Shown in pieces: positions 23,881-32,775 of a stretch of 64,000 nt of DNA. The first letter of the stretch is position 1; each line of letters begins with the position of its first letter. The DNA comes from an uncultured Bacilli bacterium. Its GTDB lineage: Bacteria > Bacillota_I > Bacilli_A > RFN20 > CAG-826. The stretch spans positions 22,868-86,867 of the forward strand of contig CALVSB010000003.1 of the NCBI GenBank assembly GCA_944358895.1, written 5' to 3'. The notes under the pieces were generated by a model, which was given only the letters and a program-made list of their open reading frames with translations, was not told the DNA's origin and did not search any database. The position numbers were made by a program, and so were the translations under genes.

Positions 23881-25160
23881 AGTTTGTTCCCGTTAAGGAT
23901 GGGTTCCTCCAAGAGGGCGAAGGACGAGACGGCCGCCCGGTTGATTTCCAACCGGTGCCCGAGGGCCTCGATTTCGCTTCTTAAGAGGTAATGATTCTTG
24001 TTTAGAAGGGCCGCTGCCTCTTCTAGGTAAGGGGCGTTCTCCACAAAGAGCCGCCGGACGAAGGAGGAGGCCGCTTCGAGGAAGCTGCCCAGGCGGAGGC
24101 GGGCGGGCACGACCTTCAATTCCTCCTCGATATGGAAATCGAGGTTGGCCAGGCCCATCGCGCCCCGCTCGAAATAGAGCTTCTCGAGGAGGTCATAGGC
24201 CCTTTCAAGGTCATTGCCGGCCCCGCTGGCCGTTTTCGGGAGGAAGGTCTCGACGGCGATTTTCCCGCCGAGGAGGACGAGGATGCGGCCAAAGGGAGAA
24301 AGGGCCTCGGGCCTTAGGAGGCGGACGTTCCCATACTCCTTCCAGGTGGAGGCAAAACCCACGATCCCCGGGGCGAGGGCCTCGGCGACGAGGAGGTGGC
24401 CCGCCTCGTGGTAGCTGACCTCAAGCCGGCGTTCCTCCCCGTCAGGCGCATCCTCCTCATCGAGGTTTTTTTCGTTGATGGCTTCAACCAAATATCGCAT
24501 CGCAACTTCCTTCGCATTGGAAAGGAGAGCGCGCCTGGCCGCTTCATTGACGGCCTCTTTGGCCTCGGCCGGGGTAAGGGAATAGACGAGTCCCTCAAGG
24601 TCGCTGATCTTCACGTCTTTTCCGCATTTGACCGTCGCGGCAAAGGCCTTTATGAGAGCGGCTCCGTCCTCGTGGGAGACCTCCTCGAGCCGGAAAAAGA
24701 AGTCGAACCGCCCTTTTCGGATGAGGCTACGGGGAACCTTGTAGGTCGAATTCATGGTAGCGACGACAAAGACGTCCTCCGGCGAGGAGGCGTCGATCAA
24801 GGACTGGAGGTGGCCGTACCTCGTGTTCCGGCCTTCCGAGCCATAGGCCTTGTCGAGATCGTCAAAGAGGATGACGCTCGGGGCCTTTTCCTTGGCCTCG
24901 GCAAAGAGGGCGGCGAGGTCATCGAGCCGAGGGTCGCCCGGCCGGACGAGAAAGGAAGTACGTCCGCTCGCCTCCATAAAGGCCTTCGCGAAGGAAGTCT
25001 TCCCGGTTCCGGGACGGCCGAGGAAGAGAAGGCCCTTAGGCGGGATCCCGCCCATGGCCCGGTAGAGATCCCCTTCCTTCAATGTTCGGAGGATTTTCCC
25101 CATTTGCTTCTTGAGGGAGGCACGGCCCACCAGGCCGTTGAAAGCATCCATCGTATCCAT
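23877..25160 (-). CDS. Soluble FtsH-like AAA+ / M41 metalloprotease homolog with intact HEAGH
   Basis: FNGLVGRASLKKQ..GLLFLGRPGTGKTSFAKAF, VILFDDLD, VATMNSTYKVPRSLIRKGRFD, SYHEAGHLLVAEAL, LLGGKIAVE, GAGNDLERA. Start at the ATG at 25160 (MDTMDAF) behind GGAAAGGA. No N-terminal TM region. Confidence 0.7.
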   Translation of the reverse strand: MDTMDAFNGLVGRASLKKQMGKILRTLKEGDLYRAMGGIPPKGLLFLGRPGTGKTSFAKAFMEASGRTSFLVRPGDPRLDDLAALFAEAKEKAPSVILFDDLDKAYGSEGRNTRYGHLQSLIDASSPEDVFVVATMNSTYKVPRSLIRKGRFDFFFRLEEVSHEDGAALIKAFAATVKCGKDVKISDLEGLVYSLTPAEAKEAVNEAARRALLSNAKEVAMRYLVEAINEKNLDEEDAPDGEERRLEVSYHEAGHLLVAEALAPGIVGFASTWKEYGNVRLLRPEALSPFGRILVLLGGKIAVETFLPKTASGAGNDLERAYDLLEKLYFERGAMGLANLDFHIEEELKVVPARLRLGSFLEAASSFVRRLFVENAPYLEEAAALLNKNHYLLRSEIEALGHRLEINRAAVSSFALLEEPILNGNKL

Positions 25161-25298
25161 CTGCGTCCTTTCCGGGCCTCGGGAAACGCCCAACGCCCTT
25201 TTCCCAAGCCTTTCGGGTCTTGGCCATCGGATTTTAAAGAGGGCAGGCCACAAGAAAAAAGCGCTTTACACGAAAGGTGGATTTATTCAACAAATCGT

Positions 25299-25856
25299 TT
25301 ATTTGGCCGGGCTTTTGCCAAGGGAAACGAAGCAATCCTCGTCGTGGGAGAAGACGATGCCGATGGCTTGAAGATAGGAATAGACGATCGTCGGCCCGAC
25401 GAACTTCATGCCGCGCTTTTTTAAGTCGGAAGAGATCTTTTCCGCGAGGGGCGAAGTAGTCTTTCCCCGCTCGATGATCGGACGAGGCGCAAAAGAGGAA
25501 AGATAGGCGGCAAAGCTTCCCCATTCCCTTTCGATCGAGAGGTAGGCCCGGGCGTTAATGACGGCCGCCCGGATCTTGGCCTCGCTTCTTACGATGCGGG
25601 GATTGGAAAGGAGGGAGGCGATCTTCGCTTCGTCATAACGTGCGACAGTCTCCGGGTCGAAGCCGTCGAAGGCCTCTTCGAAGGCCTTTCGCTTATGGAG
25701 GATCGTCCGCCAGCTTAGTCCGGCCTGGAAGCCTTCGAGGATAAGCATTTCGAAAAGCTTCTTCTCTTCTTTGAGAGGGCGGCCCCACTCCTCGTCGTGA
25801 TATTCGACATAGAGAGGGTCGTCGAGGGGCACCCAGCGGCAGCGTTTTTGATCCAT
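25299..25856 (-). CDS. tag: DNA-3-methyladenine glycosylase I
   Basis: RCRWVPLDDPLYVEYHDEEWGRP, LILEGFQAGLSW, FVGPTIVYSYLQAIG. Confidence 0.9.
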   Translation of the reverse strand: MDQKRCRWVPLDDPLYVEYHDEEWGRPLKEEKKLFEMLILEGFQAGLSWRTILHKRKAFEEAFDGFDPETVARYDEAKIASLLSNPRIVRSEAKIRAAVINARAYLSIEREWGSFAAYLSSFAPRPIIERGKTTSPLAEKISSDLKKRGMKFVGPTIVYSYLQAIGIVFSHDEDCFVSLGKSPAK

Positions 25857-25950
25857 GCCCCGATTATGGAAGCGCTCTTATTTCAATCAAGCCTTCATTT
25901 TTGACAATTCCCTTATTCCGACCCCTGGAATGGGGTTATTATGAGATGAA

Positions 25951-27393
25951 ATGACTTCCTATCTCGATGCAGCCCGAAAAGCCGCCCCGCTTGTGCAAGT
26001 CCGGGGCAAATCCTACTTCCAAAACGGACAGGTCCGCCTCGTATCCTTCGACGGCGCCCATGCCGAGCTCGAGTCCTACGGGACCGAGACTTATCACGTA
26101 AATCTTTACTTCGAGGGCAAGAAGCTGACGAGCTATTCCTGCACCTGCCCCTTCGACCGGGGAATGTGCAAGCACGTCGTCGCTTCCCTTTACCTCCTCG
26201 AAATGCAATCTAAGGCCGAGCCTGCTTCCATGGTCGTCGAGGCCCCGCGGCCCGGCACCTCGACCCTCCAGGCTTACCTGGCCTATTTCGAGGAACTCGG
26301 CAAATCCCACCGGGAGCCGATGGCCTACGATGTCCGGCGGCTCGGGACGCGGAATCTCTCGCCCGAGGATACGGAAACGATTCTCACGAAGACGCTAGAG
26401 CTCACGATCGAGAATTCTTCCTCCTACGGCGGGGAGATCGGCTTCTATGACAATCTCGTCCGTCTTCTAGCCGTCGACGAGGCGACCACTGGGGCAAAAT
26501 GCCTCGCAAAAGCCCTGCCAAATCTCCAAAAAGCGGCTTTTAGGCCCCTTTTCCGCCTCTTCCTACGGGATAACCAGGCAGCCGCGACGGCCTACCAAAA
26601 GGCGGCTCTTCCCTTCCTGAAGGACCTCGAGATCCAGACGACCGGGGTCTATGGAAGGATGTCCCTCGAGCTCGGGGAACTCCGCCGCCTCGTCGGTGGT
26701 ATTTTGCCCTTCGCGGCCAAGTGCTACCCGGGAAGCGCCATCCTCACGATGAAGGAAGCGAGGAAGCGGGGACTGGTCGAAGAGACGAAGGCCATCTTCC
26801 TCGAGGTCCTTCGAAGCGGGACCTTCGACTACGACGCCTTCTGCTTCGTCCTCCCGAGCCTCGAGAAGGAGGAACGCTCCGCTATCCTCCGGGAGGCCAT
26901 TCTGGCCCAGGACGATTTCAAGGGGTATCTAAGGATCCGCTCGCTCCTAAGCAAAGACGAGGTGAAGGACATCCTCCCCCGCCTCTCCGCCACGGCCGAA
27001 GCCAAGGGCTATGCCCCCTCCTTCGACTTCTATGAGTTTGGGGCCTCGCCGCGGGGAACTTTGGCCTCGGTCGAGGTCGACGATCTCGTCTATATTCTCC
27101 CGGCCCTCGCTCCCGACGTCCACGAGCGGGCCTTGAAACGGATCATCACCCGGATCGAGAGCGAGCTTAACAAGAAATCTGACGTCAAGGAAAAGCTGGT
27201 TCCCGTCGTCCGGGCCCTCTCTCTCAGCCATTCCCCGCTCCTCACCCACTACCTCAAAGACCCCCGCCTTCTCAAGGCAGCCGAGCGCTATCCGCAGATC
27301 GAGGGGGCTTTGGCCTATACCTACGTCAGCCTCGGCCATCTAGACGAGCACGGCGTTCATCCTTACGGAGGAAAGAGCGATGTTTCTAACTAA
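25951..27393 (+). CDS. SWIM zinc-finger protein (YwqB-like partner of the SNF2 helicase)
   Basis: SYSCTCPFDRGMCKHVVASLYLL is a CxC..CxH SWIM motif. 14-nt overlap with the downstream SNF2 gene. Confidence 0.75.
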   Translation: MTSYLDAARKAAPLVQVRGKSYFQNGQVRLVSFDGAHAELESYGTETYHVNLYFEGKKLTSYSCTCPFDRGMCKHVVASLYLLEMQSKAEPASMVVEAPRPGTSTLQAYLAYFEELGKSHREPMAYDVRRLGTRNLSPEDTETILTKTLELTIENSSSYGGEIGFYDNLVRLLAVDEATTGAKCLAKALPNLQKAAFRPLFRLFLRDNQAAATAYQKAALPFLKDLEIQTTGVYGRMSLELGELRRLVGGILPFAAKCYPGSAILTMKEARKRGLVEETKAIFLEVLRSGTFDYDAFCFVLPSLEKEERSAILREAILAQDDFKGYLRIRSLLSKDEVKDILPRLSATAEAKGYAPSFDFYEFGASPRGTLASVEVDDLVYILPALAPDVHERALKRIITRIESELNKKSDVKEKLVPVVRALSLSHSPLLTHYLKDPRLLKAAERYPQIEGALAYTYVSLGHLDEHGVHPYGGKSDVSN

Positions 27394-30300
27394 CGCGACG
27401 TCCCTCAACCTGCTCGACGAGGCAGGCAGAAGCGTCTACGAAGCTTTGAACGAAGGTCTTTACGACCTTTATTTCCGCTACGACAAGGAACGGGAAACCC
27501 TTTCCTATTATGCTTTCGTGAAGCACGATACCCCATCGCTCCCGCCTATCTTGGTCGTCCGCCTCTCGCCCGAGGGGCCGCTTCAGGATTCCTACGATCA
27601 GGACTATCCCTATGCCTCGAGCTACGTCCGGGGCTTCCTCAGCTACCTTTTCCTCCACGAAAAGGAGCTTTCGCCCGAAGACGTGAAGGAACTATATGGA
27701 AGCGAATATGAGGAACTAGACCGTCTCTCCAAGCTCGACCCGGCCTCCTACAAGGCTCATAGAGAACTCCGGGATGCCTTCCTTTCCTTGACCGACCAGA
27801 TGGCCGCCCCCTCGGTCTCCTCCATCGCCGACCAGGCGAAGGAAAGCCAGAAAGGGCTTGCCACCGCCGTCGTCTCCTTTTCCTATTACGACGAGGGACG
27901 CTATGCCGTCACCCTCTCGATTTACCAAGACGGGAAGAAACTCGCCACGCCATCGACTAGGCCCTTCCTTCGGAAGGTCCTCCTCGACGGCACCTATTTC
28001 TCCCGCGACCGCCGGGTCCCTACGAAGAAGGACGAATACGAACCCCCTTATGGAGACGTTCTCGCCCTCCTCGCCAAAAGCGACGAGCAGCTCTACCAAA
28101 GCGACACCAACCTCTATGGCTATAGCGCCTCCTACTACCTCGTCGACGACGAGGCGTTCATCGAATGCCTCTTCCTCCTCGAGGGGCATGGAGTCGCCAT
28201 CGAAGGGCGGGTCTACCAAGTCCCTTCCCCGATCGAAGGTTACGTCAGCTTCGACGAGGACGGGCAGCTCCTCCTATCGCCCTCCCTCCCCCGGAAAGGG
28301 ACGAAGTGCGAGATCGCCGGCGACAAGCTGGCCTATTGGGCCGACGGCAAGATGGTTCTCGCCTCCTTCCCGAGCCCCAATAGCGCCTCCCTCTACGCCT
28401 TCTTCCTGAAGCACGGGAAAAAGGCCTACATGGAAGTGGCCGACCTCTTCCCGAAGCGGGTTGTACCGAAGCTTGGGAAGGACCTATTGACCGCGGAGAA
28501 GGCGAATGGCAGCAAGAGGACCCTATCCATTTCCCTCTATGTTTCCCTCATGGACGACCAAAGTCTAGGTTTCCAGACCCTGTATCTCTTGAACCGCGAG
28601 AGCGTCGCCCCGGCCCTCTTCGACGAGAACCCCCTCGGGGCCAGCCTCCGCCAGGCGTATCTCGAAGCCCTCAAGGCGGCCGGCGGCCTCGAAAACGGCA
28701 CGGCCGAGGATCCTTTGCCGTTCCTTCAGGCCAATCTCACCGAGCTCGGGAAACTCTCCGACCTCCATATCGACGAGGCCCTCATGGGGGTCAAGGTCGT
28801 CAAGAGCATCTCCCTCCGGGTCCAAGGCCGCTACGAGAACGACTGGCTCTCCCTCAGCATGCACGCGAACGACTTCACGAGCGACGAGCTAAGGGCCGTC
28901 TTCGAGGCCTGCCGGAAGAAAAAGAAGTTCGTCCTTCTAGGCGGCAAGGCCGTCATCATGAGCGACGAAGTCAAGAAAGCGGCCGAGCTGGCCGCCTCCT
29001 TCGGGCTCGACGAAAGCTTAGAAAACGCCGAGCTCCCCCTCTACGACGCCTTCTCGCTCCCGGCCCGGGGCGAAGGCTTCGTCGACTTCCAGTTCGACTC
29101 GAAGCTCGGCGAGGCTCTCGAAGCCGTCGCCTCCTACAAGAACAGCCAGGTCGATCTAGATCCTGAAATCCGTTCTTCGATGCGGGACTACCAGTACGAA
29201 GCCGTCCAGTGGCTCACCGTCCTCGACCGCTACGGCCTTTCGGGCATCCTGGCCGACGACATGGGCTTAGGCAAGACGCTCGAGACGATCGCCTATATCT
29301 CGACCCTCCACGATGAGCGGCCGATCCTCGTCGTCTCCCCGAAGAGCCTCGTCTACAACTGGGCCGTCGAGTTCCGGAGGTGGTTCCCTTCCTGCTACGT
29401 CGAGACGATCGACGGGCCGAGGAAGAACCGGGAGGGGGTCATCGCGAAGATCTATCCCCGGAGCATTCCCTCGGTCTATCTCATCTCCTACGACACCCTT
29501 CGGATCGACATCGACCTCCTGAAGGACAAGAAGTTCGCCCTGGCCGTCCTCGACGAGGGGCAGTTCATCAAGAACAGCTCGACGAAGAAGGCCCACGCGG
29601 CCAAGGGGATCGAGGCCGCGAGGCGCCTCGTCCTCACCGGCACCCCGATCGAGAACGACGTGACCGACCTCTGGTCGATCTTCGACTTCCTGATGCCGGG
29701 GTATCTCGGTACTGAAAGTAGCTTCGAGCGCTCATACGTTGACGATGGCCCGGACTCCAAGATGAAGAAGATCGAGCTCTTGGTCCGGCCCTTCATTCTT
29801 AGGAGGACCAAGGAAGACGTCCTTTCCTCCCTGCCGCCGAAAACGACGATCCAGGTCCCGGTCGAGATGGAAGAGGACGAACGGGCTCTCTACGAGTCCT
29901 GGCTCGAGAAGACCAGGGAGTTGGTAAGCGGAGGCGAAGGCCCGATGGCCCTCCTCAAGATGCTGACGCGCCTAAGGCAGATCTGCATCGACCCCTCGAC
30001 CTTCTTAGAGGGGATGGAGACGGTCTCGAGCAAGCTGCAGCTGGCCATCATGATGATCGAGAATGCGGTTCAAAACGGCCACAAGGCTCTCGTCTTCTCT
30101 TCCTTCGTCAAGGTCCTCGACCACCTCGAGGCCCTCCTCGCAGAGAAGGGGATCCGCTCGATGAAGATCACCGGGCAGACCGACGGGAAGGAACGGATTG
30201 CCATCGCTTCCTCCTTTAACGAAAGTGAGGACACCAAGGTTCTTCTCATCTCCCTCAAGGCCGGGGGAACCGGGCTTAACCTCCAAGGGGCCGATACGGT

Positions 30301-30538
30301 CATCCACCTCGATCCTTGGTGGAACGTCGCGGCCGAGGAACAGGCCAGCGACCGGGCCCACCGCCTCGGCCAGCTCCGCCCGGTCACCGTCTACAAGCTC
30401 ATCGACCACGACACGGTCGAGGAGAAGGTCGTGGCCCTCCAGGAAAAAAAGAAGAGCCTCTACGAGGCCTTCATCAAGTCGGGCGAGGAAGGTGTCTCTT
30501 CCCTCACGGTCGAGGACATCAAGTTCATCCTTTCTTGA
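27380..30538 (+). CDS. SNF2-family helicase/translocase (YwqA/RapA-like)
   Basis: LADDMGLGKTLETIA, AVLDEGQFIKN, LTGTPIENDVTDLWSIFDFLMPG, LISLKAGGTGLNLQGADTVIHLDPWWNVAAEEQASDRAHRLGQ. Confidence 0.9.
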   Translation: MFLTNATSLNLLDEAGRSVYEALNEGLYDLYFRYDKERETLSYYAFVKHDTPSLPPILVVRLSPEGPLQDSYDQDYPYASSYVRGFLSYLFLHEKELSPEDVKELYGSEYEELDRLSKLDPASYKAHRELRDAFLSLTDQMAAPSVSSIADQAKESQKGLATAVVSFSYYDEGRYAVTLSIYQDGKKLATPSTRPFLRKVLLDGTYFSRDRRVPTKKDEYEPPYGDVLALLAKSDEQLYQSDTNLYGYSASYYLVDDEAFIECLFLLEGHGVAIEGRVYQVPSPIEGYVSFDEDGQLLLSPSLPRKGTKCEIAGDKLAYWADGKMVLASFPSPNSASLYAFFLKHGKKAYMEVADLFPKRVVPKLGKDLLTAEKANGSKRTLSISLYVSLMDDQSLGFQTLYLLNRESVAPALFDENPLGASLRQAYLEALKAAGGLENGTAEDPLPFLQANLTELGKLSDLHIDEALMGVKVVKSISLRVQGRYENDWLSLSMHANDFTSDELRAVFEACRKKKKFVLLGGKAVIMSDEVKKAAELAASFGLDESLENAELPLYDAFSLPARGEGFVDFQFDSKLGEALEAVASYKNSQVDLDPEIRSSMRDYQYEAVQWLTVLDRYGLSGILADDMGLGKTLETIAYISTLHDERPILVVSPKSLVYNWAVEFRRWFPSCYVETIDGPRKNREGVIAKIYPRSIPSVYLISYDTLRIDIDLLKDKKFALAVLDEGQFIKNSSTKKAHAAKGIEAARRLVLTGTPIENDVTDLWSIFDFLMPGYLGTESSFERSYVDDGPDSKMKKIELLVRPFILRRTKEDVLSSLPPKTTIQVPVEMEEDERALYESWLEKTRELVSGGEGPMALLKMLTRLRQICIDPSTFLEGMETVSSKLQLAIMMIENAVQNGHKALVFSSFVKVLDHLEALLAEKGIRSMKITGQTDGKERIAIASSFNESEDTKVLLISLKAGGTGLNLQGADTVIHLDPWWNVAAEEQASDRAHRLGQLRPVTVYKLIDHDTVEEKVVALQEKKKSLYEAFIKSGEEGVSSLTVEDIKFILS

Positions 30539-30544
30539 ACGATG

Positions 30545-30564
30545 AAAAAAGGCCCCGAAGGGCC
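30545..30564 (-). terminator. Terminator between convergent SNF2 and degV genes
   Basis: GGCCC-cgaa-GGGCC (30551-30564); the U-run is on the minus-strand side (A-run 30545-30550 on plus). Confidence 0.65.
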
Positions 30565-30580
30565 TAAGCCGTTATTAAGC

Positions 30581-31447
30581 TCAGTCGACCGGATGGGGGC
30601 CGTCCGCGAAGTAGAGAACCCCAAGGCAATGAGGTCCGCAGTGGCAGGAAATGGTCCCGCCGGCCTTGGTGACGTAAACCGTCTTGAAGCCGGCGTCGAG
30701 CATCATCTTCTTGGCCGTCTCGATGATCGAGGGGTCGGCCGAGGAATAGGTGACGAAGCCGATTTCCGGATCGATGTTCGGGAACTCCTCGAGGGTGGTC
30801 CTGATGTAATCGACGACCCACTTTTCCATCCTCCCCTTGAACTTCCGCCCGGCGCTCATGGTGCCGCTGTCGGGATGCATGATGATCTGAGGACGGAGGT
30901 GAAGGAGGTTGGCCCCAAGGCGGGCAAGGGCCGAGCAACGGCCGCCTTTGTAAAGGTACTCAACGCTTTCGAGGGCAAAGGATGTCTGGTCGTAAGGAAG
31001 GCGCTCCATGACTTTCTTCACGATTTCCTCGGCGCTTTCGCCTTTCTTTGCCAGCCGCGAGGCATAGATGGCCTGGAGGGCGATGCCGGTCGAAAGGCTA
31101 TGGGTATCGATCACGATGACGCGGCCGCCGAATTCCTGGCTGGCCATGATGGCGTTTTGGGTAGCCGAGGTGATGCCGCTTGAAAGGGAAAAATGAATAA
31201 CTTTCTCGGCATCTTCCAATAGGGAGGCGAAGTAATCGTGGTAGTTCTTCTCGTTGATGGCCGAAGTATGGGGGAGCTTCCCCGTCTTTTCGACATAAGC
31301 GAAGAGATCGTCGCCGTCGACTTCCCCGTCGGTCGCTTCTTTCTCCCCGAGGACGAGGATGAAGGGGATGGTCTTGATGTCGTAGGCGGATAAGAGATCC
31401 TTCGGCAGGTCGATGGTCGATTCAGCGCTGATCTGGATAGGTTTCAT
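30581..31447 (-). CDS. degV: DegV family fatty-acid-binding protein
   Basis: ISAESTIDLPKDLL..YDIKTIPF, TSAINEKNY, HFSLSSGITS, VIDTHSLSTG. Confidence 0.85.
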   Translation of the reverse strand: MKPIQISAESTIDLPKDLLSAYDIKTIPFILVLGEKEATDGEVDGDDLFAYVEKTGKLPHTSAINEKNYHDYFASLLEDAEKVIHFSLSSGITSATQNAIMASQEFGGRVIVIDTHSLSTGIALQAIYASRLAKKGESAEEIVKKVMERLPYDQTSFALESVEYLYKGGRCSALARLGANLLHLRPQIIMHPDSGTMSAGRKFKGRMEKWVVDYIRTTLEEFPNIDPEIGFVTYSSADPSIIETAKKMMLDAGFKTVYVTKAGGTISCHCGPHCLGVLYFADGPHPVD

Positions 31448-31543
31448 CTTCTAATAAACACTCCAAGGGGAATTATAGGGATTGACCGCCTCAAGGGAAG
31501 AGGAGAGAAGGTATACTAACGGAGTCAAGAAAAGGAGAGTCGC

Positions 31544-32056
31544 ATGGAAACCCTAAAAGCCATCGCCAGCCGTTTCAGCTGCCGGAAGTTCGTCAAAGGA
31601 ACGATGAAGGAAGAGGATAAGCGTGCCATCCTCGAAGCCGGGATGAGCGCCCCTTCGGCCATGAACCGCCGCCCATACGACCTCATCGTCATCGAGGATC
31701 CGGAGGTCCTTCGCCCCCTTGAAGGGTCCAAGCCGACCCTCGGCCTCTTCTACGACAACCCCCTGAGCGTCCTCATCGTCGTCGACGAGGAAAAGAACCC
31801 GAAGATGGAGTTCCAGGAACAGGATGCCGCGGCCGTTGCCGAGAACATGCTTTTGGCCGCGACCGACCTCGGATACGGGTCGCTTTGGGCCGGAATCACC
31901 GAAAAGAGCGATTTCCAAGCGGGTCTTGCGAAGATTTTCGGGATTCCGGCGGGCCATCGCCCGGCCATCCTCCTATCCTTCGGGATCAAAGGGGAGCACA
32001 AGGAAGAGCGCCCGAGCCGCTACGAGGAAGCAAAGATCCACCACGGCCGCTGGTAA
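31544..32056 (+). CDS. Nitroreductase family protein
   Basis: IASRFSCRKF, SAPSAMNRRPYDLIVI, AAVAENMLLAATDLGYGSLW. Confidence 0.8.
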   Translation: METLKAIASRFSCRKFVKGTMKEEDKRAILEAGMSAPSAMNRRPYDLIVIEDPEVLRPLEGSKPTLGLFYDNPLSVLIVVDEEKNPKMEFQEQDAAAVAENMLLAATDLGYGSLWAGITEKSDFQAGLAKIFGIPAGHRPAILLSFGIKGEHKEERPSRYEEAKIHHGRW

Positions 32057-32058
32057 GC

Positions 32059-32775
32059 ATGGAACTGAGCGAAAATAGCCGCCTCCTGCCCTATCTCCTC
32101 GCGGACGGGAAGGAACATCCTTTCGTCATTGTCTGCCCGGGCGGCGGCTTCCGGATGGTGTCCGTCGAAAAAGAAGGCACGCCGGTCGCCCGCTTCCTGA
32201 ACGGGCAAGGCTGCCATGCCTTCGTTCTCGAATACACGACCGGAGAAGGCGGGATTTATCCAAAGCCCCTCATAGACCTCGAAAAGGCCATCCGGGCCAT
32301 TTTAGCTATGGGCAAGGAGCATAAGATCCTCCCCTCCTATGATCTTTGGGGCTTCTCGATCGGCGGGTGGCTCGCTTCGTGTTTTGCCGCCACCTATCCC
32401 TTCGAGAAGGAAAAGCTCCCCCGCCCGAAGGCTCTCGTCCTCGCCTACCCCGTCATCACGATGGGCGAGAAGAGCCATCCCTGGTCGAAGGAGCGGCTCC
32501 TTGGAAAGGAACCCGATCCCCGGCTCATTGATCTGCTAAGCGTCGAAAAACACGTCGGGCCGGGCTTCCCGCCGACCTTCTTCTTCCGGGGCGACGCCGA
32601 CGAGGCGGTCCTCCCGGAGAACTGCGCCCTCCTAAAGGAAGCGCTCGAAAAAGAAGGAGTCCCCTACGTCTTCCGTTCCTATCCCGGGGTCCATCATAGC
32701 GTCGGCCTTGCCGAAGGCACATCCGCCGAAGGCTGGGCGGAGGAAGCCGCTAACTTCGCCAAGAGGTTCAGCTAA
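32059..32775 (+). CDS. Alpha/beta hydrolase (esterase/lipase-like)
   Basis: FVIVCPGGGF, nucleophile elbow GFSIGGW, GDADEAV, PGVHHS. Start at the ATG at 32059 (MELSENS). Confidence 0.7.
   Translation: MELSENSRLLPYLLADGKEHPFVIVCPGGGFRMVSVEKEGTPVARFLNGQGCHAFVLEYTTGEGGIYPKPLIDLEKAIRAILAMGKEHKILPSYDLWGFSIGGWLASCFAATYPFEKEKLPRPKALVLAYPVITMGEKSHPWSKERLLGKEPDPRLIDLLSVEKHVGPGFPPTFFFRGDADEAVLPENCALLKEALEKEGVPYVFRSYPGVHHSVGLAEGTSAEGWAEEAANFAKRFS

Noticed and set aside
8185-25160. RADAR-like reading (AAA+ ATPase plus adenosine deaminase).
   Set aside because: The MtaD-like deaminase (10-11.4 kb) and the FtsH-like AAA+ pair (22.6-25.2 kb) are 11 kb apart, separated by core translation genes. The AAA+ proteins are FtsH-type, not RdrA-like.
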